From a bacterium (GTDB lineage Bacteria > Patescibacteriota > Minisyncoccia > Minisyncoccales > UBA10102), in NCBI GenBank assembly GCA_030647485.1, contig JAUSJT010000004.1:173088-237087 (forward strand): a DNA stretch of 64,000 nucleotides, written 5' to 3'. Below the pieces are notes generated by a model, which saw only the letters and a list, made by a program, of their open reading frames with translations, had not been told where the DNA came from and ran no database searches. This document shows, in pieces, positions 8,511-18,616 of this stretch (its first letter is position 1; each line of letters starts with the position of its first letter). The position numbers and the translations under genes were made by a program.

Positions 8511-10442
8511 ATGGCAAAAAAACCAACACAATCATCTAGTTATACCGCAAAAGATATCCAAGTCTTGGAGGGATTGGATCCTGTTAGGAAGAGACCTGCA
8601 ATGTATATTGGGTCTACTGGCTTGGATGGGCTTCATCATTTAGTGTGGGAGGTTTTAGATAATGCCATAGACGAAGCCATGGCAGGATATGCAAAGAATA
8701 TTGCTTTGTCTTTATTGCCCTCAAACAGGGTGCGTGTTATAGACGACGGGAGAGGAATCCCGGTAGAAAAGCATCCCCAGACCAAGAAATCTACCCTAGA
8801 GACCGTCATGACCATTCTGCATGCAGGAGGAAAGTTCGGAGGAGAAGCATACAAGGTATCAGGAGGCCTTCACGGAGTTGGTGTTTCTGTGGTGAACGCT
8901 CTTTCTATTTATATGAAGGCCGAGGTGTCACGAGACGGCATGCGATACGAACAGGAATATGTAAGGGGAGAGCCTAAGGGTCCTGTTAAGAAAGTAGGGA
9001 GTTCAAAGGGGACTGGCACTGCCGTGCTATTTGAGGCGGATCCCGAAATCTTCAAAGAGATCAAATTTGACGCCAAAAAAATCAAGGACCATTTGCGCCA
9101 GCAAGCATACCTAACTTCAGGAGTATGCATTACGTTTGTTGACGAGCGAGACGAGCAAAAAAAAGAAACCTACGCTTTCTATTTTGAAGGAGCTCTGGCC
9201 TCTTACGTAGACTACCTTACAAGGGGCATGACTTCCGAGCATGAAAACATATTCTATGCAAAGGGAGAACGGGATGGCATTGTAGTAGAAGCAGCATTTC
9301 GTTACACAAAGGAATTTGAGATCTATGAAGAGAGCTTTGCAAACAATATAATTACTCCGGAAGGAGGGACGCATCTTACAGGTTTTCGTTCTGCGCTTAC
9401 CCGTACGCTCAATGATTACGCAAAAAAGAACAACATTCTCAAAGGAGAAGATACTCTTACGGGGGATGATGTAAGAGAGGGCATGACCGTGGTGGTGTCA
9501 ATAAAAATTAGAGAACCTCAATTTGAGGGCCAGACAAAAGCAAAACTAGGAAACCCTGAAGCCAAAACCGTGGTAGAGACCATAGTCACAGAGACCCTGA
9601 ATGATTTCCTTGAACGGAACCCGCAAGACGCCAGAGCTATTTTAGAGAAATGCCTTTTGGCTTCTAAGGCACGACAGGCTGCAAAAGCAGCGCGCCAGAC
9701 CGTGTTGCGTAAGGGAATCTTGGAGGGCCTCGCTCTTCCTGGAAAACTTGCAGACTGTTCTTCAAAAGATCCCGAAGAATCAGAATTATACTTAGTAGAA
9801 GGAGAGTCAGCAGGAGGTTCAGGTAAGCAGGCCCGAGACCGAAAATTCCAGGCCATACTGCCCCTTCGAGGGAAGATTCTAAACGTAGAACGAGCGCGCC
9901 TAGACAAGATCCTTTCTTCTAAAGAAATACGTTCTTTGGTTATTGCTTTGGGCACTGCCATTGCAGAAGATTTTGATATTGAAAAGCTTCGTTATCACCG
10001 CATTATTATCATGGCTGACGCGGATTCTGATGGAAACCACATCCGCACGCTTATCCTTACCTTGTTCTATCGATATTTTAAGCCATTGATTGAGCATGGA
10101 TACCTGTATATCGCCCAGCCTCCTCTGTATAAAATACAGGTGGGAAAACATATAGGGTATGCCTACACGGAAGATCAGAAAGAAAAAGTGGTGGCAGGGC
10201 TAATAAAACAGGCAGGATCTGGCAAGCCAAACATTCAGCGCTACAAGGGTTTGGGAGAAATGAACCCAGAAGAGCTTTGGGAGACTACTATGAACCCTCA
10301 AAACCGCATTCTTCTTCAAGTTACCATTGAGAACGGTAAAGAAGCAGACCGTATTTTTGACATCTTGATGGGGGACGAAGTGCTACCCCGCAAGAAGTTT
10401 ATCCAAACCTACGCTAAGAGTGTGAAGAACCTTGACATTTAG
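8511..10442 (+). CDS. gyrB: DNA gyrase subunit B
   Basis: VRKRPAMYIG, VEGESAGG, PLRGKILN, QRYKGLGEMN. Confidence 0.96.
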   Translation: MAKKPTQSSSYTAKDIQVLEGLDPVRKRPAMYIGSTGLDGLHHLVWEVLDNAIDEAMAGYAKNIALSLLPSNRVRVIDDGRGIPVEKHPQTKKSTLETVMTILHAGGKFGGEAYKVSGGLHGVGVSVVNALSIYMKAEVSRDGMRYEQEYVRGEPKGPVKKVGSSKGTGTAVLFEADPEIFKEIKFDAKKIKDHLRQQAYLTSGVCITFVDERDEQKKETYAFYFEGALASYVDYLTRGMTSEHENIFYAKGERDGIVVEAAFRYTKEFEIYEESFANNIITPEGGTHLTGFRSALTRTLNDYAKKNNILKGEDTLTGDDVREGMTVVVSIKIREPQFEGQTKAKLGNPEAKTVVETIVTETLNDFLERNPQDARAILEKCLLASKARQAAKAARQTVLRKGILEGLALPGKLADCSSKDPEESELYLVEGESAGGSGKQARDRKFQAILPLRGKILNVERARLDKILSSKEIRSLVIALGTAIAEDFDIEKLRYHRIIIMADADSDGNHIRTLILTLFYRYFKPLIEHGYLYIAQPPLYKIQVGKHIGYAYTEDQKEKVVAGLIKQAGSGKPNIQRYKGLGEMNPEELWETTMNPQNRILLQVTIENGKEADRIFDILMGDEVLPRKKFIQTYAKSVKNLDI

Positions 10443-10541
10443 AGATAGATATGCTATTGTAATTTTACAGAAAAAGGGGTGTAAAATTCTCATCGACTAG
10501 TTTCGATGTTACGCCCTAAGCACTTTTACAGGGAGGAAAAG

Positions 10542-11264
10542 ATGTCAGCAGTCACTCTTCATGAGGGTGCCCAACGAACTGGACCGACAGAGACGGTCGG
10601 TGTATTCTGCGGATATTCAGAGCGAGGTGCCAGGCGAGCAGTAAAAACCGCCGAGGGGAAACTTTATACGGTAAGCAGTTGGCGTAGAACAAGCACCGGA
10701 GGAAGGGAATCCTTAGAAGTGGATTACCTTCCAGAATCTAAGCCGGTGGCAAAGTTCTGTTACCTTCCCGGATATGGAGGGAGAAGGAAAAGCTTTTTCC
10801 TTTTTCCGATACCGGGGAACTTTGAAGGGATCCGTCCCACGCGGAGGATGATGCGTCAGGGAGGAGCCACCTACTTAGACTTTCCTTCTTATCTTCTTGC
10901 AGTCCAGTGGGGAAGGAAGTCATCAGCTTATCTGCTTGTCGTGCAACAGTCGTGTCGGGAGGACGAATGGATCCGTGGCCTCAAAACCTCTGAGTGGACC
11001 GCCACTGCTTTTAATCAGATCCTCCAGGGAAAGGAAGACGAGGTTGCCGCCCTCAGAAGTCTAGAAGAATACTTAGATATACTGAGGAAGGCGCAGGATA
11101 CAGACTTTCCCGGCATCTCTACCTTCGTTAGGCTTACTCTGGAACGCTTACCTTCCATGCCTTCTGGTATGAATGTTAGAGACTTAGGCTGGGGGGCTAC
11201 TACAGTGTTACAGCAAGGCCTCCCCAGACCGCCAAACCCTTTTTATAGCAAGGAGGTTGTATAG
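10542..11264 (+). CDS. Orphan hypothetical protein
   Basis: Long ORF with TTGACA-17-TATTGT promoter (10432-10460), GGAGG SD and terminator near 11287-11330. Confidence 0.7.
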   Translation: MSAVTLHEGAQRTGPTETVGVFCGYSERGARRAVKTAEGKLYTVSSWRRTSTGGRESLEVDYLPESKPVAKFCYLPGYGGRRKSFFLFPIPGNFEGIRPTRRMMRQGGATYLDFPSYLLAVQWGRKSSAYLLVVQQSCREDEWIRGLKTSEWTATAFNQILQGKEDEVAALRSLEEYLDILRKAQDTDFPGISTFVRLTLERLPSMPSGMNVRDLGWGATTVLQQGLPRPPNPFYSKEVV

Positions 11265-11398
11265 AGAGCAAGTAAAAGGCAAAAGGGCCCCGAGAAGAGA
11301 GTGAAAACTTTCTCGGGGCTTGACTTTTTTTGACGAAGGTATAAAAATAGAAGTATGAAGAAAGTGAGGCCTAGAGGCCTTTTTAGATAGAAAAACGC

Positions 11399-11593
11399 AT
11401 GACATCTATATTTGGGAAAATCCTCCTGTTTTTAAAGGAGGTACAGCTTGAGACAAAAAAAGTTAATTGGCCCAAAAGGCAAGACACCATAAAGAGCACT
11501 GTCATTGTGATTCTGTTTTCTGTTGTGGTTGCCATGATTTTGAGCCTTTTTGACCTTGCCTTTACTTCTTTGATGAAGCGTTTTATCTTGTAG
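11399..11593 (+). CDS. secE: Preprotein translocase subunit SecE
   Basis: ETKKVNWP then TM segment; upstream of nusG. Confidence 0.95.
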   Translation: MTSIFGKILLFLKEVQLETKKVNWPKRQDTIKSTVIVILFSVVVAMILSLFDLAFTSLMKRFIL

Positions 11594-11614
11594 AAATTTA
11601 TGTATAATAAATTT

Positions 11615-11683
11615 AGGTTTCCCCCGTGTAGGAAATTATTCAAAACCGAGGGTTTTGAAAAGAGGGGGGTCGGGGGAAACCTT
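11615..11683 (+). repeat. Structured repeat family F, copy 2 (GTGTAGGAAA variant)
   Basis: AGGTTTCCCCCG..CGGGGGAAACCT outer stem; TTCAAAACC-GAG-GGTTTTGAA; GGGGGGTCGGGG. Confidence 0.85.
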
Positions 11684-11693
11684 GTGAACGTGT

Positions 11694-12239
11694 ATGCCTA
11701 AACAACAAATCACCCAGGAACGCAATTGGTACGTTATTCATACGTACTCTGGCTATGAAGATGCGGTAGCGCGCAATCTCAAGCAAAGGATTGAATCCTT
11801 GGGCATGGAAGACAAGATATTCCAGGTATTGGTTCCAAAGGAGAAAAAGATTAAGATTAAGAATGGAAAGCGCAAGCTCATTGAAGAGAAGATTTATCCA
11901 GGGTATGTCCTCGTGGAAATGGTTGTGACTGACGATTCCTGGTACGTAGTACGGAATACTCCCAACGTAACTGGATTCGTGGGAGCGGGAACCACTCCTA
12001 TTCCCGTATCTACCGATGAAATAGAGTATCTGAAAAAGCGCATGGGGACAGATACTCCCCAGTACGACATCCAAGTGACCATAGGAGACGTGGTTAAAAT
12101 AACTGACGGCCCATTCAAAGATTTTGAGGGAAAAGTGTCTGCAATAGACCAAGAGCGCGGCAAGATAAAAGTGCTGGTCAATATGTTTGGCCGAGACACT
12201 CCCGTAGAGCTAGACTCCTTACAGATTAAAAAATTGTAA
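11694..12239 (+). CDS. nusG: Transcription factor NusG
   Basis: WYVIHTYSGYE, PGYVLVEM, KOW motif DGPFKDFEG. Confidence 0.97.
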   Translation: MPKQQITQERNWYVIHTYSGYEDAVARNLKQRIESLGMEDKIFQVLVPKEKKIKIKNGKRKLIEEKIYPGYVLVEMVVTDDSWYVVRNTPNVTGFVGAGTTPIPVSTDEIEYLKKRMGTDTPQYDIQVTIGDVVKITDGPFKDFEGKVSAIDQERGKIKVLVNMFGRDTPVELDSLQIKKL

Positions 12240-12240
12240 T

Positions 12241-12313
12241 CAGCTTGTAGCTAGTAGCTTGTAGCTTTTTAGGAAAGAATTTCTACAACCTACAAGCTAA
12301 TTCCTACAACCTC
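12241..12313. repeat. Inverted 7-nt periodic repeat
   Basis: TAGCTTG-like units followed by complementary CTACAAC/CTACAAG units. Confidence 0.75.
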
Positions 12314-12317
12314 GCTT

Positions 12318-12740
12318 ATGGCAAAGAAAATAAAAGCAGTAGTCAAACTTCATATCGCCGCAGGAAAGGCGACCCCGGCTCCTCCCGTAGGCCCTGCCTT
12401 GGCTCAACACGGAGTAAATATTGGGGAGTTCTGTTCTAAGTTCAACGAAGCCACAAAGGCAAACGAGGGTTTTAAGATTCCTGTAGACATTACCATATAC
12501 GAAGACCGAAGCTACCAGTTTAAACTTCATGAGCCTCCCGCAGCCCAGTTGATCAAAAAGGCCATGAGTCTTGAAAAAGGTTCGGGTACTCCAAATAAAA
12601 CAAAGGTTGGAAAGATAACCCAGGCTCAATTGGCAGAAATTGCGAAAAAGAAGATGTCTGACCTCAATACCGAAGACCTAGAGCAGGCAAAGAAAACCAT
12701 TGCCGGCACTGCAAAAAGCTTAGGCATTACCGTAGAATAG
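12318..12740 (+). CDS. rplK: 50S ribosomal protein L11
   Basis: [14 protein letters not shown]. Confidence 0.98.
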   Translation: MAKKIKAVVKLHIAAGKATPAPPVGPALAQHGVNIGEFCSKFNEATKANEGFKIPVDITIYEDRSYQFKLHEPPAAQLIKKAMSLEKGSGTPNKTKVGKITQAQLAEIAKKKMSDLNTEDLEQAKKTIAGTAKSLGITVE

Positions 12741-12745
12741 ATCCC

Positions 12746-13324
12746 ATGATTCTTTCTGATCAGGATATTAAAAAGATTATCCAAGAAGGAAAGGTGCAGG
12801 TATACCCTGCTCCAAACTTTGAAGAACAGCTTGGTCCCTGCTCTCTTGATTTGCATCTTGGGAATGTTTTTAAGGTGTTTAAACCTTCGCAATATCCCTA
12901 CCTTGACTTAAAGAGGCCCGTCAATATTGAAGATATTATGGAAGAAATAGTGATAGGTGAGAATGAGAGTCCCTTTATTCTGCAACCAAAAGATTTTGTG
13001 CTTGCTGTTACGAAAGAAAGCTTCACCTTGCCAAATGACCTCATGGCACGTCTGGACGGAAGGAGTTCTCTGGGACGATTAGGCCTTGTGGTGCATTCCA
13101 CCGCAGCGCGGTTTGACCCTGGATGGTCGGGAAAGGCGGTAATGGAATTAGGCAATATGGGAATTATGCCGGTTGTTCTCTATACTGGCATGAGGGTATG
13201 CGCTCTTACATTTGAAATGCTTTCGAGTGCTTCTCAGAGTCCTTATGGCTCCAAAGCAACGCACAAATACGCTTCTCAAGAAAAGCCTCAAGCAAGCAAA
13301 ATCAATAAGGAATTCACTCAATAG
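12746..13324 (+). CDS. dcd: dCTP deaminase
   Basis: MILSDQDI, SLDLHLG, GRSSLGRLGL, FDPGWSG. Confidence 0.93.
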   Translation: MILSDQDIKKIIQEGKVQVYPAPNFEEQLGPCSLDLHLGNVFKVFKPSQYPYLDLKRPVNIEDIMEEIVIGENESPFILQPKDFVLAVTKESFTLPNDLMARLDGRSSLGRLGLVVHSTAARFDPGWSGKAVMELGNMGIMPVVLYTGMRVCALTFEMLSSASQSPYGSKATHKYASQEKPQASKINKEFTQ

Positions 13325-13328
13325 TAAT

Positions 13329-13357
13329 GAAAAGCCCGCCTACATGGCGGGTTTTTC
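13329..13357. terminator. Bidirectional terminator between dcd and thyA
   Basis: GAAAAGCCCGCC-TACAT-GGCGGGTTTTTC. Confidence 0.8.
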
Positions 13358-13364
13358 GTATACA

Positions 13365-14333
13365 CTATTCTGCCATTTTACCTGTCGTGGGGTCGTATAA
13401 TCCGCCGGCAACCGTCAGCTCTCCTTTTATTGGAGGATGCGCTTCGTATCCCTCAAGAGTCACCATTTCCGGCCTAAAGTCATCTATATCCTTAAGCAAA
13501 GGGTCAATATGAACTTTAGGAAAGGGCTTTGGTTCTCGAGCGAGCTGTTCTTTTACCTGCTCTATATGATTTTCATATACGTGGTAGTCTCCAAACGTAT
13601 GGATAAATTCTCCTGGTCTATACCCAGTCACTTGAGCAAGGATAATCGTTAAGAGTGCGTAGCTCGCAATGTTAAATGGTACCCCTAGAAAGAGATCAGC
13701 TGAACGTTGATAAAGCTGGAGCGAAAGTTTGCCATCCCTTTGAGAAAATTGGTACATATTATGGCATATGGGGAAACGGCAGGCATCCTCGTTAGTTGCC
13801 ATAGTATAGAGATATTCTGGATTCCAAGAATTTATAATTAAGTTCTTCGCGTCTGGATCATCTTTGAGTTCTTGTATTGCCCATTTAAGCTGGTCAACGG
13901 TTCTTCCCGGCGTTCGTGTAGGCCACCGTCTCCACATTTCTCCATATATACGAGGCAATTCACCATATTCTTTGGCAAACGCAGGATCCTTGCCTATCTT
14001 TTCAATAAATTCTTCTTTGGTTAATTCGGGGAGTGAGTTTTGTTTTGCATTCCTTTTGTAAATTTTATACGGATAGTCGTCCCATATATGGACATTATTG
14101 TCCACTAGATACTTAATATTCGAGTTCCCAGACAAAAACCAGAAAAGCTCGTGCAACACTCCTTTCCAGTATACTTTCTTGGTAGTGAGCAAGGGAAAAT
14201 CCTGCGACAAATCATACCGTATTTGACTGCCAAAAAGGCTGTACAAAACAATGTTTGTGCCACGGTCTACCTTCTTTGCCCCTTTTTCGAGAGCATCTTT
14301 AAGTAAATTGAGATATTGGTATTCTGGATGCAT
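13365..14333 (-). CDS. thyA: Thymidylate synthase
   Basis: FPLLTTKK, PICH, YQRSADLFLGVPFNIASY; start taken at MHPEYQY. Confidence 0.96.
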   Translation of the reverse strand: MHPEYQYLNLLKDALEKGAKKVDRGTNIVLYSLFGSQIRYDLSQDFPLLTTKKVYWKGVLHELFWFLSGNSNIKYLVDNNVHIWDDYPYKIYKRNAKQNSLPELTKEEFIEKIGKDPAFAKEYGELPRIYGEMWRRWPTRTPGRTVDQLKWAIQELKDDPDAKNLIINSWNPEYLYTMATNEDACRFPICHNMYQFSQRDGKLSLQLYQRSADLFLGVPFNIASYALLTIILAQVTGYRPGEFIHTFGDYHVYENHIEQVKEQLAREPKPFPKVHIDPLLKDIDDFRPEMVTLEGYEAHPPIKGELTVAGGLYDPTTGKMAE

Positions 14334-14350
14334 TATGATACTATACCACA

Positions 14351-14866
14351 ATGAAAGTTTTCATTATAGCAGCCCTTTCCGCAGACGGGTTTATAGCCAA
14401 GAATCCTGGCCAATCAACATTAACATGGAGAAGTAAGGGAGATAGACAGTTTTTTATCGCAAAGACAAAAGAAGCTAGGGTGGTGGTTATGGGTCTAAAC
14501 ACTGCTAAAACCTCCAAGCGACCTATGCCAGACCGCCTAAACATCATCTACGCAAAGAGCAAAGAGGAGCTTCCTCACTGGCAAGAGTTTGAAGGATGGG
14601 AAGTTACGCAGAAAGATCCTGCCTCTCTTATACAAGAAATCACAGAAAGGGGATACGATCAAGTCGCAATTTGCGGAGGTTCCACCATATACACCATGTT
14701 TATGCAGGCTGGCGTTGTAGGCACCTTGTACCTTACCATAGAGCCAGTGCTCTTTGGACAGGGCATGAATCTTTTCAATAAAGAAGTGGATAAAAATCTT
14801 ACCCTTATCTCAACAACAAAATTAGAAGATAATACATTGCTTCTTGAATATGGTGTTGGGCATTGA
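14351..14866 (+). CDS. folA: Dihydrofolate reductase family protein
   Basis: AALSADGFIA, VVMGLNT, ICGGSTIY; divergent from thyA. Confidence 0.8.
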   Translation: MKVFIIAALSADGFIAKNPGQSTLTWRSKGDRQFFIAKTKEARVVVMGLNTAKTSKRPMPDRLNIIYAKSKEELPHWQEFEGWEVTQKDPASLIQEITERGYDQVAICGGSTIYTMFMQAGVVGTLYLTIEPVLFGQGMNLFNKEVDKNLTLISTTKLEDNTLLLEYGVGH

Positions 14867-15389
14867 ACAACTTCATACGCTTGTAAAAGAGAAAGGTCTT
14901 GTTACAAACCTTTCCGAACGAGAATTAACAAATCCAGAAGGAGCTGGGTTTGATTTACGGATAGGGGAGTTATACGAGGTTTCGGGCCAGGGATTGCTTG
15001 GGGTTACAGAACGGGAAACCCCCGAGATGAAACTCATTGCAAAATATAAAGAGGGTAAAACTACTGAAGTTCAGCTAAAGCCCGGCGTCTATTACCTTAT
15101 GAAAACCATGGAAGATGTGAATATGCCAGAAGATCTCTTAGCGATTATGACCCCGCGTTCTACTCTGTTTCGTTCTGGGGTATATATCTTTGGGGGTCAA
15201 GTTCCCCCAGGATACAAGGGGGGGCTCAATATGGGCATATATAACTACCGAGACACCGATTTTCGCTTAGAGATGGGAGCAAGAGTTGTCCATATCATGT
15301 TTTTTGAAGTAAAGGGGAAAGGGAATCTATATCGGGGCCAATGGCAGGGGGGGAGAACCACTACAGACAAAAAAGAAACTCAAGTATGA
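14850..15389 (+). CDS. Trimeric dUTPase / dCTP deaminase family protein
   Basis: AGFDLRI, PRSTLFRSG, PGYKG, YRGQWQG. Confidence 0.85.
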   Translation: MVLGIEQLHTLVKEKGLVTNLSERELTNPEGAGFDLRIGELYEVSGQGLLGVTERETPEMKLIAKYKEGKTTEVQLKPGVYYLMKTMEDVNMPEDLLAIMTPRSTLFRSGVYIFGGQVPPGYKGGLNMGIYNYRDTDFRLEMGARVVHIMFFEVKGKGNLYRGQWQGGRTTTDKKETQV

Positions 15390-16060
15390 TAAAGAAGCTT
15401 TACCCTGGGAAATTTATCGTATTTGAAGGTATCGATGGGGCTGGAAAAACCACCCAGACCAATCTCCTGATACGACATTTGAAAAGAGCCAAAAAGAAGG
15501 TGGCTTTCATTCATTTTCCCCAATACCAAACCAAGTCGGGCGGCCTTGCTGAAAACTACTTGCAAGGGAAGTACGGTAAGATTGATCCTTATCAAGCCTC
15601 CGTGTTCTATGCAGCAGACCGGTTTGATGGAGGATTCCGTATTAAGCAGTGGCTCCGTGACGGATACATTGTGGTGGCAGACCGATACTGGGCTTCCAAT
15701 ATTGGACACCAGGGCGGGAAAATACAGAATAAACGGGAACGGGAAAAATTCTTTCGCTGGTTATATCACTTTGAGTATAAGTTGTTCAACATCCCCAAAC
15801 CAAACATTTCCTTTCTTTTAAACATGCCTCCTCGCGTTGCCCAGCAACTCAGCATCAAGCACACAAAAGAGCAGGGAGAGAAACCCGATATTCACGAGAA
15901 AAGCATTGTGCATTTGCAGAATGCCGACCGGGCATACCAACACGCTTTGGTATTCTTCAAAGACGGCTTTCGTATGATACATAGCATGGCAGGAAAAAAA
16001 CTGAGAACTCCCAAAGACATACACCAGGAAATATGGGGCAAGATACAAAAGCTTCTATGA
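15386..16060 (+). CDS. tmk: Thymidylate kinase
   Basis: FIVFEGIDGAGKTT, VADRY. Confidence 0.93.
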   Translation: MIKKLYPGKFIVFEGIDGAGKTTQTNLLIRHLKRAKKKVAFIHFPQYQTKSGGLAENYLQGKYGKIDPYQASVFYAADRFDGGFRIKQWLRDGYIVVADRYWASNIGHQGGKIQNKREREKFFRWLYHFEYKLFNIPKPNISFLLNMPPRVAQQLSIKHTKEQGEKPDIHEKSIVHLQNADRAYQHALVFFKDGFRMIHSMAGKKLRTPKDIHQEIWGKIQKLL

Positions 16061-17511
16061 ACTATATCCCTACCATAGGCCTGGAAATTCACGCGGAGCT
16101 CAAAACAAAGAGCAAGATGTTTTGCTCGTGCAAGAACGATCCTCTAGAACAACATCCAAACGTGAACATTTGCCCTATATGCATGGCGCACCCAGGAACG
16201 CTTCCTGTGGCGAATAAAGATGCAATTTATAAGGTGATGCAAGTTGGGCTTGCTTTGGGATGTACAATTTCCGAAAGATCAAAGTTTGATCGCAAGAACT
16301 ACTTTTACCCCGATCTTCCCAAGGGGTACCAGATAAGCCAGTATGACATGCCCTTTTGCAAAGGAGGAAAGCTGAAGATAGGGGAAAGAGATGTTCAAAT
16401 CACCAGAGTTCATTTAGAAGAGGATACCGGGAGATTGGCACATCCGGTTGGAGCAGAATACTCTTTAGTGGATTTTAATAGGGCAGGAGTGCCTTTAATG
16501 GAGTTGGTAACAGAACCCGACATCACTTCCGCAAAAGAGGCCTCTGCCTTTGCCCAAGAATTGCAGCTTATACTGCGATATCTTGGCGTTTCAGATGCAG
16601 ATATGGAAAGGGGGCAAATGAGAGTTGAGGCAAATATTTCAGTGCGGCCAGAAGGACAAGAGAAACTGGGCACGAAAGTGGAGGTTAAAAACCTCAACTC
16701 ATTTAGGTCTGTTCATGACGCCATTGAATTTGAGATTAAGAGGCAGACAGAAGCTCTTGATTCAAGAACCAAGGTTATACAGGTAACAATGGGGTGGAAT
16801 TCAACTACTGGAGCTACGTTTGTTCAAAGAGAAAAGGAATCTGCGCATGATTATCGGTATTTCCCTGAACCAGATCTTCCGCCTCTTCGCTTTTCTAAAG
16901 AGCAGATACGAACCCTGCAGGTACAGCTTCCCGAGCTTCCTCAAGCAAGAAGGGGTAGATTTCAAAAAGAATATAGACTTTCTTCAAACGAGATTGAGGT
17001 TTTTGTTGGGCAAAAGGATTTGGGAGAATATTTCGAAAAAGTGATAAGCGAGTTAGGCCCCAATCTGTCTAAAGAACGTGTACATAAACTCATCAAACTC
17101 TCGGCAAACTATATTCTCTCTGACCTTCTAGGCCTTCTCGAGAAAGCTTCGGTGGTAGGCGAGGATTTCCTCATCACACCAGAAAACTTTGCAGAACTTG
17201 TTCTTCTTATTGAAGAAGGTAAGGTGTCGAGCGCTATCGCCAAAACAGTACTCAAAGAAATGTTTGCAAAAGGAGGAGATCCCTCTCACATCATAGAAGA
17301 CAAGGGGCTAACCCAGGTTATTGACGAAAAAAAGATTCAAAGCATTGCTCAGGAGATTATAAAAAAGAACTCTAAGGCAGTAGAAGACTACAAAAAAGGC
17401 AAAGAAAACTCTTTGCAGTTTTTGGTAGGCCAAATGATGGCTCAAACGAAAGGAACAGTTAGCCCCGACCTCGCCAACCAGATTTTGCGCACCCTCTTGA
17501 CAATAAATTAA
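16057..17511 (+). CDS. gatB: Asp/Glu-tRNA amidotransferase subunit B
   Basis: IGLEIHAEL, RKNYFYPDLPKGYQISQ, YRYFPEPDL. Confidence 0.97.
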   Translation: MNYIPTIGLEIHAELKTKSKMFCSCKNDPLEQHPNVNICPICMAHPGTLPVANKDAIYKVMQVGLALGCTISERSKFDRKNYFYPDLPKGYQISQYDMPFCKGGKLKIGERDVQITRVHLEEDTGRLAHPVGAEYSLVDFNRAGVPLMELVTEPDITSAKEASAFAQELQLILRYLGVSDADMERGQMRVEANISVRPEGQEKLGTKVEVKNLNSFRSVHDAIEFEIKRQTEALDSRTKVIQVTMGWNSTTGATFVQREKESAHDYRYFPEPDLPPLRFSKEQIRTLQVQLPELPQARRGRFQKEYRLSSNEIEVFVGQKDLGEYFEKVISELGPNLSKERVHKLIKLSANYILSDLLGLLEKASVVGEDFLITPENFAELVLLIEEGKVSSAIAKTVLKEMFAKGGDPSHIIEDKGLTQVIDEKKIQSIAQEIIKKNSKAVEDYKKGKENSLQFLVGQMMAQTKGTVSPDLANQILRTLLTIN

Positions 17512-17529
17512 AACGGCGCTATCGTTTTA

Positions 17530-17703
17530 CTTATCAAGACAGCGAGCAAATGACGCGAGACGGAAGGCCTTTCCTCACATTGGTAGCGCGTGGGCACCGC
17601 CCCGATGCCAGCTAAGGCACAAGTTTGCTGATGCTCGTTGTTGCGATAAGGCGCTAGCTATGCGGATTAACCCAATGATCTACGCAGGGCTAGCGCCTCT
17701 TTT
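17530..17703 (+). ncRNA. Candidate stand-alone structured small RNA
   Basis: TTGACA(17497)-17-TATCGT promoter; outer stem 17530-17548/17632-17650; internal hairpins; terminator-like hairpin 17649-17703. Confidence 0.55.
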
Positions 17704-18589
17704 ATTGCACAGAGAATCTCTCTATGAGATTTTGTGCTTCTTTATATGAATGAATCCAGTGGATACGCTGGTCTTTTTTAAACCAGGTTATTTGGCGGCG
17801 GGCGAAATCTTCTGTTGCTTTTACCGTCTTCTCAATCATTTCTTGTTTAGAAATCTTCCCTTGAAGGTATTGGGAAGCTTGGCGATACTCTAGGCCAAAA
17901 TTTTCTATTGCATTCCATGAGAGTTTATTTTTACGCAGTGTCTTAACTTCGTTGAGGAAACCGCGGCGTAACATTGAGAGAAAACGCTTCCGAATGTTTT
18001 TTCGAAGAACAATAGAAGATTTCTTGACACCTAGAAATAATACAGGATAGGGGAGGGGATGTTTTCGAAACTGGGGAACTGGTTTCTTTGTTGTCATCAC
18101 TATCTCCAAAGCACGGATCAATCGTCTTGGATTCTTCTGTTCAATGGTTTTGGCGCGCCGAGGGTCAAGTTTTTTAAGCTTACTTAGTAACTCTACGGCC
18201 GTAAGTTTATTGAGTTTCTCCCGCAGTGCGTTATTGGGAGAAACCTTGGGGAGAACCCAGCCGTCTGTCACGGCATAGATATAGAGAGGACTTCCTCCCA
18301 CAAAAAAAGGGATCTTATCTTTCTTCTGAACGGATACAACTGCTTGCTGCGCCAGTTTCGCATACTGCGATACCGTAAACCTTCTCTTGGGAGAAGCTAT
18401 GCCTAAAAGATGATGGGGAACACCCCCCATCTCTTTTTTAGTGATTTTTCCAGATCCGATATCCAATCCCTTATACACTTGCCTTGAATCAGCAGAGATA
18501 ATTTCACCTTTGAATTTCTTTGCCAATTGCACGCCCAAGGCGCTCTTCCCGGAAGCGGTAGGCCCCAAAATAACAATCAACTTTTTCAT
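17702..18589 (-). CDS. miaA: tRNA dimethylallyltransferase
   Basis: ILGPTASGKS, ISADSRQVY, FARRQITW; start at MKKLIVIL. Confidence 0.96.
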   Translation of the reverse strand: MKKLIVILGPTASGKSALGVQLAKKFKGEIISADSRQVYKGLDIGSGKITKKEMGGVPHHLLGIASPKRRFTVSQYAKLAQQAVVSVQKKDKIPFFVGGSPLYIYAVTDGWVLPKVSPNNALREKLNKLTAVELLSKLKKLDPRRAKTIEQKNPRRLIRALEIVMTTKKPVPQFRKHPLPYPVLFLGVKKSSIVLRKNIRKRFLSMLRRGFLNEVKTLRKNKLSWNAIENFGLEYRQASQYLQGKISKQEMIEKTVKATEDFARRQITWFKKDQRIHWIHSYKEAQNLIERFSVQ

Positions 18590-18616
18590 AGTAAAAGCGA
18601 GATAGGGATAAAGCGA

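Noticed and set aside
17530..17650. SAM-I riboswitch (CTTATCAAGA...GATAAG ends)
   Set aside because: Core motifs such as GGAGGGA, GCAACC and GGTGC are missing and no + strand gene follows.
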